Shown: positions 1 through 18,346 of the stretch, in pieces
Position numbering within the stretch: the stretch's first letter is position 1
Layout: each line of letters opens with the position of its first letter
Assembly (NCBI RefSeq): GCF_009914755.1
Contig: NC_060928.1
From: the human T2T-CHM13v2.0 reference genome, Homo sapiens
Length of the DNA stretch: 64,000 nucleotides
Direction: 5' to 3' (one strand)
The notes under the pieces: model-generated
Told to the model about the DNA's origin: nothing
Database searches by the model: none
Seen by the model: the letters and a program-made list of their open reading frames with translations, nothing else
Position numbers and translations under genes: made by a program

Positions 1-191
1 CCCCCATCTCTGCACACAGTAAGCAAACAAACAACAACAACAAACCCAAAAGTTTAAAGATAAAATATAATGAAGTACAGAAATTCTAATATTTTCTTAA
101 CCCAGTAGATCATTCTGTACATCACATTTTGGAGACCAGTAACCTATTCCATGGTTTGTAATTTTTTGTGAATTAAAACAGTTTTATATAA

Positions 192-326
<135 letters not shown>

Positions 327-380
327 TGACATTTTATCATTCCAGTTACAGAGAGTAAGGTTGTGTTTGTTATCGTGTGA

Positions 381-729
<349 letters not shown>

Positions 730-867
730 TAGAGTTCCCTAAAATAGTCTCCTTATTTTAGTAATTATGTTGTCATACTGCTTGACTAGAAAGATATGTC
801 TACTTTGATCCAGAGATTTATAGTGAATTTTATCCTAATTCTAATGTAAAGTATAAATTCTTATATA

Positions 868-927
868 CAGTCATGACCCACATAATGACGTTTCAGTCCA
901 CATACATGGTCCATATTTACTACCTTT

Positions 928-959
<32 letters not shown>

Positions 960-1259
960 TTTTTTTGAGACAGCGTCTTGTTTTGTTGCTCAGGCTTACT
1001 GTACATTTTCTATATTTAGATATGATTCAATGTGCAAGTACTTACTGCTGTGTTACATTTGCCTGCAGTGTTCAGTACAGTAACATGCCATACAGGCTTA
1101 TAGCCTAGGAGCAATAGGCTATACCATATAGCCTAGGTACGTAGTAGGCTATTTGATCTAGGTTTGTGTAAGTACACTCTATGATGTTCACACAACAACA
1201 AAGTCACCTAATGACAGATTTCTCAGAACATAGCCCTGTTGTTAAGTGACACATAACTG
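868..1259 (+). mobile_element. Tigger3a/MER7-like DNA transposon containing a ~70-bp 5'-truncated Alu tail (925-996)
   Basis: TA|CAGTCATG...ACATAACTG|TA ends; body resembles recalled Tigger3 consensus. Confidence 0.7.
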
Positions 1260-1447
1260 TACTTTCCCTTTGAGCCACAGGGAATGAGCCAGTGCTCATA
1301 TTCTTATGCCAATCCATGGCAAATTTCCTAGTCTAAAAAAAAAACTACTTAAACTAGTAAGGAGAATATTTGAAAATTGTTATGTCTCTGGTAGCTTAAA
1401 TGAAAATATTTGTTTGCTGCCTGCAACTATATATTGTTTTTGAATAA

Positions 1448-1648
<201 letters not shown>

Positions 1649-1727
1649 TGAAAATGGTGTTATTTTTCTTTTATTTATTAATAAAATAAGTTTAGCCGTT
1701 GATTTATTACTATTTTCTTTATTATAG

Positions 1728-1880
<153 letters not shown>

Positions 1881-2765
1881 TAATTTCTGTTCTTATTTGG
1901 GAAGCACTGCAAGTTTCTTTTAGGACCAAGTCTTTCACTCTTTTTTATTCACATATCTCATTCTTAGCTTAAATGGTTTTGTAAGTCTTCTAAAAATTTG
2001 CATAATTTTTAGAAAGCTTTTATTCTTTACCTTTGTAGTGAAGGCAGCATAGCATAGTGGGTAGAATGTGAGCTTCAGAATTAGAGAGGCCCTGGATTTA
2101 ATTTCCCCTTCTGCCTCTGTTAGCTAAGTGACTACAGACAAATCATTTTACACTTGTGAGCCTTACTCATCTGGAAAATGAGGATACTTCTACTTTTAAT
2201 GGATCATGAGGAAGATTAAATAAAATGCGTGGTCTCACTTGGCACAGTGACTTTTTTTAAGCACTCTTAAACCTAGTGGGTACTTAATAAATGTTAGTTC
2301 TGTCTCCCCTTTTATTCTTTGAATAATAGCTATTAGCATGTGAGGAAAACCTTGTTTTGTTTTTTCTTCCCCTGCCTCCTCCCCATCACCTTTCCCCAAT
2401 TCTAGGTCAGATAACCCTCAGGAATAGAACAAACCTGAAAATTAACCTGTTAAACAGGAAATACCATTAAGTTTCTTGCAACTTAAGGTTTAATTCTTTA
2501 ATTGTTTTGCATATAATTTTATTTTCTATTACTTTGTTTCAGGTAAACCATAATGGAATGCCTGAAGGCAAATTTATATGGCAACTAAGATTAAAATGAA
2601 ATTTAATCTTTAAGATTCAATTTAATTATTTAATCATTTAAGATTAAAATGAAATTTTAAGTTCAGAATATTTTTGCAAAAGCACACCTTTTAAAATTAT
2701 TTGCAAGTAGGTATGAGATAGTTTTACCAACATTTTAATGTGTTGGTTTTTAAAAATTGCTACAG

Positions 2766-2872
2766 CTGTGAAAAAATTGAAAGATATGGAGTATCTGGGA
2801 ACAGTAGCCAGTATTTGCCTTCATTCTGACTATGCTGCTGCACTTTTTGAAGGCAAAGTCCAGTTACATTTG
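2766..2872 (+). CDS. WDR19: WDR19 exon ~13 ([10 protein letters not shown]...VQLHL)
   Basis: tacag|CT...TTG|gtaagt, 107 bp. Confidence 0.94.
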
Positions 2873-3614
2873 GTAAGTATAATTTTGATGTCCTGGAGAC
2901 GCGCTAAGTTATAATGAACAGCCTAATGTCTGATTATCAAGAATATTGGTCAGGAAGCAAGGATGTACAGACTAACTAGAAAGCCAAGTGTGAGTAAAGG
3001 ATTAACAAAACCCTTCCCCTTCTATATTAGAAGTTCTGTTGACTTTCTAACCCTGTTCCCCAAAAACCTGATAAATACCAACAGTGCTACTCACAACATA
3101 GCCTTTAGTAAAACAGTAATAATAATAATAATTACCCTGTTGGTAAATTGGAGCTAGAAGGAACTATACATGAACTATAAAAACCTGATGGGAATGCCAT
3201 ACCTTTGGGCTTCCTGGAAGGTGTTGACTCATAATCGGGCATTTTGTGTGGGGGGGTCTTTGAAACCATGCCTGCTGAGTTGTTCAAGAGATGTTGGCAC
3301 CTGTGAAGAGGGGGCTTCTAAGTCAGGGCATCTCTCACATCTGTTTCATGGCTCTTTACATCTAGGAAGACAAAGAGATTAACAATTAAATAGCTGCAGA
3401 GCCTGCAGTAAAGACTGTTCACACTAAGAGGGACATCTGTGCTACCTTGCTGGCAAGCCGTGGTTCCTGTGTGATAGCTTTCCAACTAAACTGACCTCTC
3501 GTAGTCTTGGGAGCCTGAATGTTTAGGTGAACTTGAGAAAAAGACACCCCTAGATGTTGTATAGATGGTTTACTCAAATAAATCTGTGAGCCATTATTAT
3601 TCTTTACGTTTTAG

Positions 3615-3737
3615 ATAGAAAGCGAAATCTTGGATGCTCAAGAAGAACGTGAGACTCGGCTTTTCCCAGCAGTGGATGATAAGTGCCGTATCTTATGCCA
3701 TGCCTTAACTAGTGATTTCCTCATCTATGGTACAGAT
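3615..3737 (+). CDS. WDR19: WDR19 exon ~14 ([11 protein letters not shown]...LIYGTD)
   Basis: tttag|ATA...GAT|gtatgt, 123 bp. Confidence 0.94.
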
Positions 3738-3878
3738 GTATGTATTGCCTTCTTTTTTAGAGAACACTGGGAATTTTTAATTTTTATTTTGTGATCTCAG
3801 TCATTCTCTTTTCCTACCAGTCTTTTTTCTATATTGAATCCAATACAATTAATGAAGTTATCTGTGATTAATTATATA

Positions 3879-5063
3879 CATTCATGTGTCTCTTTGCAGT
3901 GGGGATACATTCTGAGAAACGTGTCATTGGGCAATTTCATCATTGTGTGGATGTCATAGAGTGTGCTTACAGGAACCTAGATGGTACAGCCCACTGCACA
4001 CCTAGCCTGTGTGGTAGAGCCTATTGCTCCTAGGCTACAAACCAGTACAGCATGTGACTGTACTGAATACTATAGGTAATTGTAACACAATGCTATCTAG
4101 ACATAGACAAGGTACAGTATATGTGTGATATAAAATATTTAAAATGGCATGCCTGTATAGGGCACTTACCATGACAGGAGCTTGCAGGACTGGAAATGGC
4201 TCTGGGTGAGTGAGTGAGTGAGTGGTGAGTGAACGTGAAGGCCTGCAGCATTACTGTACACTACCATAGATTTTTATCAACACTGTACACTTAGGGACAC
4301 TAAACTTATTTAAACATTTTTTCTTCAAAAATAAATTAACCTTAGCTCACTGTAACTTTATAAGCTTTATATTTAAAAAAACTTTTTGACTCTTTTGTAG
4401 TAACACTTAGCTTAAAACACAAACACATTGTACAGTTACACAAAATATTTTCTTAAAAAATATTTTATTATATCCTATTCTATAAGCTTTTCCTTGTTTT
4501 TCACTTTTTTTAACTTTTAAACTTTTTATAAAAACTAAGACACAAACACACACATTAGTGCAGGCCTGCATAGCATCAGGATCATCAGTATCACTGTCTC
4601 CCACCTCCGCATCTTGTCCCACTGAAAGGTCTTCAGCGGGAATAACATGCATGGAGCTGTCATCTCCTGTGATAACAATGCCTTCTTCTGGATACCTCCT
4701 GAAGGACCTGGTTGAGCCTGTTTTACAGTTAACTTTTTTTTAATAAATAGAAGTGCACTCCAAAATAAAAATAAAAAGTATAGTATGATAAATACATAAA
4801 CCAGTAACAGTCATTTATTATCATCATCAAGTATTATGTACTACACATAATTATATGTGCTATACTTTTATATAACTGGCAGCACACGAGGTTTGTTTAC
4901 ACCAGCATCAATACAAACTTCAGGGTAATGCCTTATGCTCTGACATTATGACATCCATGATGTCACTAGGCAATAGGAATTTTTCAGCTCCATCCTGATC
5001 TTATGGGACTACCATCATGTACATAGTCCATCGCCAACCGAAACATTATGTGGCGAATGACTG
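3879..5063 (-). mobile_element. Tigger3b-like DNA transposon
   Basis: Shares sequence with 868-1259 in the opposite orientation; ends ...GAATGACTG. Confidence 0.75.
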
Positions 5064-5483
5064 GTACATATATAGAACACACAGGTGGCATGATTTGTTA
5101 ATATCAGTGGTTTTGTGATTTTTAAGCAATTTTGATGGCCTAGTGAAAAGTTCAGACTTTGGAGACTGGCAAATCTGGGTTCAAACACCAGTTCTATTAC
5201 TTGCTAGCTGGTGCTTAACCCCTCCAAGCCTTGTTTTCCTTATCTGGGTGCTTTAAGGATTTAATTTGGTGATGAACATAGACAATTCAACTTCAGATCT
5301 CTAATGCGTGCATTTAGTAGGCATTCAGCAAATATTAAAATTAATTGAATATTAAGAATCTGACTTCAATTTCTTGGTCCTTTGAACCATGGGTACCCTA
5401 AATCTCCAAATATTACATTAGCCACATGCACATAAACTAGTTATAGCATCTTATATTTGTAAACAGTTTTCACAGATTTTTCA

Positions 5484-5901
<418 letters not shown>

Positions 5902-5941
5902 AGTTATTTACTACTTTAAAAGTTTCCACTTTCTCACATGA

Positions 5942-6654
<713 letters not shown>

Positions 6655-7089
6655 AAATTATTTTTTTTAAAAGAACATGTTTTAAAGCATGCTTGTTGCC
6701 ATCTGAGAGACTTTTTAAAATTTATGTTTGACCTAAACTAGTAAGTCTTTGAGATAATATACATCAGTAAGGTAGGTCTCATATATCAGGTAATTTGGTG
6801 ATATGGAAAAATATGGAATAGGAAATTTGTATGACACTAATAGTTTATAGAGCCCTGATCTCACTTATTTTATCTCATTATCTATAAAATACACAGGGAA
6901 ATTTTCAGGAGGAAGATACTGAAGATTGAGAGGCTAGCAAGTCTGTAGCAAAGTGGAACTTAAACTAAGATTTCCTGATGGAAAATCTACTCTTTCCACT
7001 ATGCCACAGTGCTTTTGGAATAAGTGTAGTAGTCTGTTCATAAAGCAGCAACTATCCTGGTTTCATTCTTGAGTGATTCAGAAAATATC

Positions 7090-9790
<2,701 letters not shown>

Positions 9791-9858
9791 TTGATTCTAT
9801 CAGGTGGATTTTTTTGTCTTAAAATTAATTTTCTAATTTATTAATAGCAAAAAATTGA

Positions 9859-10348
<490 letters not shown>

Positions 10349-10514
10349 TGAGTCTGTACCTTTCACATATACTAAATATTATTCTTAGATACTTCATCAA
10401 AAACATGACATTTTTCTCTTAAAATTAGAACATATGTTTAATTTAAATGTTGAAAGTTAGGATTTCCTTGACTACCTTTTATATTTTCATGGCTGGATTT
10501 TTTTTTTTTTTTAG

Positions 10515-10682
<168 letters not shown>

Positions 10683-11420
10683 TAAATGTTTATTTTTTGA
10701 AATGCAATATAGGGAAAAAAAGTGTTTAAAGCCTATCTCATGTAAAATTTTCTATTAATTAGTGCCAAGGATTGTAGTTCTTTGCTGTCATCTTCATAAT
10801 ATCATGTTTATGATAGATTTCTCATATCAAGAAAACTTTTTCCATTATTCTGTAATTTTTCATAGTGGCCATCCCAGAAAGATTTTTAATGGGAAAAATA
10901 GTTATTATATCCTAAACCACTTTCAAACTTATCATATACTTACTGCACAATACAATAATTATAGTGTATCTGCCTGTACATGACTTTTCTCTCCCAATAG
11001 GCAGTGAGCTTATCTGTGCCTTCTGCCCACCTCAGTTGATTTTCCTCTTTCCTTGAAGATCCTGAGCACAAGGAACAGGTATTTCTGTATTAGATGAGTA
11101 AAAATGGATGAACCCATTTTAAAAATCAGTCACTCATATTTTTAAACATCCTTAACTTTTTTGAAAATAGATTTAGAAAAAAGGAGATGTGCCTTTACAT
11201 TAGTTAACTACAATTGGATTTTTCATTTACTTTTTATATCCTGTTAATGGTTTACTGTGTTTTTGGTCAAATTCACATAAGCTACAGCTGCTTGTGGACC
11301 CATCCTTAATACTGTTTCCAGGTGCCTAGGTCTCACTGTGTTGTCTCCCCAATGTAAACAGCCTGCTCCTCACTGCTACACTTCACTTGATACAAAGACT
11401 TACTTCCTCCCCATGCCCGC

Positions 11421-11509
11421 CCCTTCTTCCTTTCCTTTCCTTCCCTTCCCTTTCTCTTCCCTTTCCCTTCCCTTCCTTTCCTTCTCTTCTCTTTTTCTTT
11501 TCTTTCTTT
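11421..11509. repeat. Polypyrimidine (CT-rich) low-complexity tract
   Basis: ~89 nt consisting only of C and T. Confidence 0.9.
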
Positions 11510-12164
11510 ATTTGACAAGTATAACAAATTTCCACAGATGTACCTGGATTATATATGCAAAATTCCTAATCTGCTAGTTCTTAGTCAATGCATTCCTCTC
11601 CCAATTGCAAAGCAAATGAGGATGACATAAATGAAGATAAACCTCGAGTTTCCTCTACTTAATACAGAAATTCCACCTTGTATAGGTTTCCTTTCTATAA
11701 CAGGGAACTAATTAGAGCTGCCTTGAATTTCCCCTGTGTGCGTTCACCACAGTTAGAAACTGTGGCTTAGACAGAATATACAAGAGAGTAGGAGGGTAAA
11801 TCAGGTATCTGTCAGGAGTTAAATTCAGAAATAGGGTGTAGCTGCTAGGAAAAGGGTAAGGAGTAAGGTCAGCCTTAAACAAGGTGATTTCAATCATTTT
11901 TACTTTCTCCATTTACAGTTCTCTTTTTCTTGATAATTTCTGTTAAAGAGCTCTCACTTTGATTGGATTTCCAGTTTTTCTGTCTGTCTAAGATGGAGAC
12001 AGTTCTAGTACCTACTTTGTAGGGTTGTTAAATGAAAAGTAAATAGGATGATGCATGTAAGCTTTTAGTATAGTGTTAGCCACATAATAAGCACTAAATC
12101 TTTTTTGAAAACAGTTCGGCCACTAGTCCAGTGGCACTGATGTGCTCATCTATACAAAGTGAGA

Positions 12165-12360
12165 ATCAGTATAGCATAGTGGTTAGAAGCAGAGACTCAG
12201 GAGCCAGACTGCCTGGGTTCAAATACTGGCTCGTCAGCCTACTAGCTGTGTGACTTTGGACAGATTTCTCTGTACTTTAGTTTCTTCATCTGTAAAACGG
12301 GAATAATAATAGTATCTGTCTTCTAGAGTATAAGGTTAGAATTAAATGAAGTAATTAGTA
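12165..12360 (+). mobile_element. MIR (others near 2040-2300, 5140-5330, 16050-16250, 18950-19170, 19590-19810, 53270-53470)
   Basis: GGGTTCAAAT...CTAGCTGTGTGAC...TCATCTGTAAAA MIR core. Confidence 0.7.
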
Positions 12361-12375
12361 CAATATCTTGTAAGT

Positions 12376-12850
12376 AGCACTGTCCAATACAAATATAATG
12401 TGAACCAAATATGTAATTAAAAATTTTCTATTAGCTACATTTTTAAAAGATAAAAAACGAACAGATGAAATTAATTTTAATATATTTAATTTAACCCTTG
12501 AGGAATCGCCACACTGTCTTCCACAATGGTCGAACAAATTTACATTCCCATTAACAGTGTAAAAGCGTTCCTCTTTCTCCTCAGCCTTGCCAGCATCTAT
12601 TGTTTCTTGACTTAATAATCGCGATTCTGACTGGTGTGCAATGGTATCTCAATATTATCATTTCAATGTGTAATTGAATATAAAAAAAGTAATGAGATAT
12701 TTTACAATCTTTTTTTCATGCGAACTCTCTGTGTAGTTTACACTTAAACATATCTCAATTCGGACTTGGCACATTTCAGTGCTTAATAGGTACATCTGGC
12801 TACATGTAGATGTTATAATAGCAACTACTATGTTAAATAACACAGCTTTG
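12376..12850 (+). mobile_element. MER33/MER3-like hAT element interrupted by an L1 fragment (12496-12651)
   Basis: AGCACTGTCCAATA start; element body resumes after the L1 patch. Confidence 0.7.
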
Positions 12851-13019
12851 TAGTATGAATTATTATTTGCAAGAATTTTATATTTCATTCTCATTTTGAG
12901 AGTAGGATGAGGCAGATATTTTTCAGTTCCCTATTCAGGATATATACAAGCCTACCTGCCTGAGTTCACAGGACTTATATGGACTGATTTTTGTAAACAG
13001 CTTATTTAGTATAATATTA

Positions 13020-13355
13020 CAGTCAGCCCACCCTATCTGTGGGTTCCTCATCCATGGATTCAGCCAACTGTAGATCAAAAATATTCAGGGGAAAAATGGA
13101 TGGTTTTGTCTGTGCTAAACCTGTGCAGAAAACTTTTGTTGTCTATATTCCCCATACAGTATGACAACTATTTACATAGCATTTATATTGTATTAGGTAT
13201 TATAAGTAATCTAGAGATGATTTAAAGTATAAGGGAGGGTGTACATAGTTTATACACATATTACACCATTTTATTCAGGGATTTGGCCATCTGTGGGTTT
13301 TGCTATCCGTGGGAGATCCTGGAACCAATCCCTCATGGATGTTGAGGGATGATTG
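13020..13355 (+). mobile_element. MER2-like Tigger MITE
   Basis: TA|CAGTCAGCCCACCCTATC...GATGTTGAGGGATGATTG|TA terminal inverted repeats. Confidence 0.75.
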
Positions 13356-13840
13356 TATATTTATATTTGTTGACATGCATTTTAGAGAAGCTTTTGAAAT
13401 AAAGTATCCCTAGTGTAATTTACTTCAATCATGTGAGTTAATTTGTTTCTTAATACCCACTATTATCAAATACTCAGTATTATTGAAAAATTTCTAAACA
13501 CAAGTACAAGTGTGTTCGTAGTTTAAATTTCTGTCATCCTGAGCAGCTTTAATTTTTTTTCCTTAACCTGAAGCTTTGTGTCTAGACTTGTGGGTTCTCC
13601 TACAAATTTGCCAGATTTTAGATCAAACCTTGGCTTTTCCAAATAACTATAGTTTTTTCAAGCCAGACCTAGGATAGGAATGGAAAAAGAAACTTTCTTT
13701 CCTGTTGTTGTTGGAGTGATGTTAGGTTGAATATGACTCAGTAAGCTAAGCCAGCTAAGGCTGCAAACAGGCTTCTACCACGGCAAATGATAATGATTCA
13801 AGTACAGACTTGGGGCAAATCTGTAAATTTTATTTTGTAG

Positions 13841-14023
<183 letters not shown>

Positions 14024-14082
14024 TGAATTTCCCATTGCAGTAAAATTAAAACATTCTTTCTGATGTTTGTGCTGAGTATTAG

Positions 14083-14322
<240 letters not shown>

Positions 14323-14435
14323 TAGGCTTTCACACACTTCTTTTGGAACTTCTCATTTGCTTTTGTGATTTTAAAGGTCAAATCCTATAATTATTCTATC
14401 TTATTTTATTGCTTTATTCTTTATCCTTGCAAGAA

Positions 14436-14925
14436 TTTTTTTTTTTTTTGTAAATGTAGAAGTACAAGTGCAGTTGTGCTACATGGATATAGTGCATATG
14501 GTGAAGTCTGGGCTTTTAATGTACCCATCACCAGAATAGTGAACACTGTACCCAGTGGGTAGTATTTTATCCCTCAACCCTGTCTCACCATCCCGCCTTT
14601 TGGAGTTGCCAGTATCTATTATTCCACCTGTATGTCCATGTGTACCCATTGTTTACCTCCCACTTCTAAGTGAGAACATGCAGTTTTTGACTTTGGGGCA
14701 TTTCACTTAGGATAATGACCTCGAATTCCATCCATATTGCTGCAAAAGACATGATTTCATTTTTTTAATGGCTGAGTAGTATTCCATAGTGTGTATATCT
14801 ATATATACACACCACTTTTTAAAATCCAGTCATCTGTTGATGGACACTTAAGTTGATTCCATGACTTTGCTATTGTGAATAGTGCTGCAGTAAACATATG
14901 AGTGCAGGTGTCTTTTTGATAAAAT
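14436..14925 (-). mobile_element. 5'-truncated L1 (L1PB/L1MA-like) 3' end
   Basis: Poly-T then antisense L1 3'UTR; flanking repeat GTCAAATCCTAT at 14377 and 14926. Confidence 0.8.
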
Positions 14926-16518
14926 GTCAAATCCTATTCAATAGATGGAGATAACAGCACTTACCTTGTTCATTTCACAGGGATATTGTGAGGCTCAGAT
15001 AAGATAGTCAGCTGTTTTTATTATGAGTACTTTATTACAAGAAAAGCCCTTAAGAACAAAACGGTTTCTAAGCTTCCAGAGAGCCTAGTTATTGGGAAAT
15101 CCTAATAAAATAAACCTAATTATTTCAACAATATCTTGACTTCATCATAGTGAGGTTTGATTTTGCTTTGCTTATAATTTCCTTTTACTGTTTTTTTCTC
15201 TTATCTCCTAGAGCCACCGTGAATTCCTTTGACGTTCTAATTCTTCCGAGCCTCTCTTAAATGCTGCTGTTTATTGGGGTCTCATGAGTTTCCTTCTCTT
15301 CTTACTCTAATTATTCTTCCTGAGTGAATCTCCTCTGCTTAACATGGCTCAACATACCACCCATATGAAGCTGACTCTAAAATCTGTGTCTTTATCTTAA
15401 ACCTGTACTTACAACTACCTTCCAGTCATGTGTCCTTGGAAGTCCATGAGCTCTTCAAACTTGCCCTTTCTAAAACTGAACTCATCAATTTCCACAGGCC
15501 CCTATTTTCCCTCACTGTAATCACACATGCACATGCCTTAACACACATATACACCAGCTCCTTTCCTCCTCCCGTGTTCCCTCATCTTTACCCAGGCCCT
15601 CACCTGGAATAATGTGTAATGTAACTAACCACTTCCTAACTGCTCTGTCTGCCAATAGCCTTGTAACGATCTCATCTGTTCTCCACACACTTTTGAAGAT
15701 GTGATTTGATCCTCTTATTTCCCTGCTCAGGATCCTTCAGTGACTTTCTATTGCCTTTACAAACAAATCCATTCCTGGGGGACCTCTATGACCTACTAGG
15801 CACTTCATGATTTAACACCAGCTCAACTGTCTCCACTCAAGTCCCTCTCTGTTCCACTGGCTGCTGAAATTGCATATATTTCATGATTCTTCCTGGAATG
15901 CCCTTTCCCTGCTCTGAATGTAGTAACCCCTCTTTCTTTACCCATCAGCGATAAGTGGAGCCATCTCCTGCTCCAGGAAGCCTTCCCCGACTTCCCCACC
16001 ACCACAGGCAGTCCTGCTTGGGGTCTTTCTGATGTGTTGCCTCAGAGCCAGGATGCAGTATACACAGTGGTGAAGAGCATGACACCACTTACCTCTGTGT
16101 GCCTTGGGCTAGTCTTTTGACGTCTCTAAGCCTCATTTTCCTAATCTATAAAGGAGACATAATAATAATACTTAGTGGGTAGGGTTATTAGGGTAAGAGA
16201 ATTTATGCAAAAGACTTAGCACAAAGAGTTACCTATTGTAAGTACTCAGTTACCTCTGTCAAACTATGCTATAGTCATTTGTTTCCTTATCTGTCTCTTC
16301 CACCTTCCCCAATTGTGACTGCCTTAAGGACAGCAACTGTGGTTGATTTTTGTATCATGTTTCCAAGCATGTAACGAGTTCAGTAAATGTGTGTTGGATG
16401 AAAAAATGGATAGGTGAATAGATAAATGGATGAATGAATAGATAGATGGATGTAATATATTCACTCATGTAGAGGTTCCACAAAAAGTTTAATTGGCATT
16501 TATGTTCATGTTTTAAAC

Positions 16519-17065
<547 letters not shown>

Positions 17066-17362
17066 TTTAAACTTCTAAATTTATAGGAATAGAATACTAA
17101 TTTTATTAGACTTATATGAGAACAAAAATAATATTCATCTATGTGTGAAATAAAAAGAAATAAATGAATAGGATTAGCTTAGTTAATTGAGTAGGCTTAT
17201 TACAGAGTAGATTCAGATTAATAAAAGAAATTTAGGGAAAAACATTTATCTGTAAAAAAAGGAAGAAAGCTTAAGTGTTTTTTCATTACTTGTAAATGAC
17301 AATTACAGGTTAAGAAATGTTTTAGACAGTTTATCTGGGGCACGCTATTAGATGACATGTAG

Positions 17363-17602
<240 letters not shown>

Positions 17603-17792
17603 TAGAATTATCAAGTTAAAATTTAAATGCTATTTTAAGTTAAATGCAGTCTAAATTTTTTGCATTTAATCTTACCTCTTAAACAAGTGAATCGATAGAA
17701 CGTTACCACTTCCTACTGATCAAAGTCCTTAAAAAAAAAAAAAAGTTAAACTCTTGCATTTTTTTTCTCATCAGAATTGCTTTTATTTGTAG

Positions 17793-17933
<141 letters not shown>

Positions 17934-17973
17934 TAAGAGGTATCCAGTGGGGAAATGGGGGAAAAAAAAATGG

Positions 17974-18346
17974 GGCCGGGTGCAGCCGCTCACGCCTCTA
18001 ATTCCAGCACTTTGGGAGGCCAAGGTGGATGGATCGCCTGAGGTCAGAAGTCCTAGACCAGCCTGACCAATATGATGAAACCTCATCTCAGCTAAAAATA
18101 CAAAAATTAGCCGGACGTGGTGGCATGTGCCTGTAATCCCAGCTACTCAGGAGGCTGAGACAGGAGAACTGCTTGAACCTGGGAGGTGGAGGTTGCAGTG
18201 AGCCTGTAATCCCAGCTACTGTAATCTCCTGCCCCAGCAGGAGAATTGCTTGAACCTAGGAGGCAGAGATTGCAGTGAGCCAAGATTGTACCACTGCACT
18301 CCAGCCTGGGTGACAGAGCGAGACTCCGTCTCAAAAAAAAAAAAAA
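17974..18346 (+). mobile_element. Alu with duplicated and rearranged right arm
   Basis: Segment 18131-18203 is repeated from 18204. Confidence 0.9.

Noticed and set aside
10463-10472. TTTCCTTGAC resembling a U12 branch site before exon ~15
   Set aside because: The intron's donor is GTATGT, not GTATCCT, and a long pyrimidine tract is present, so it is a U2 intron
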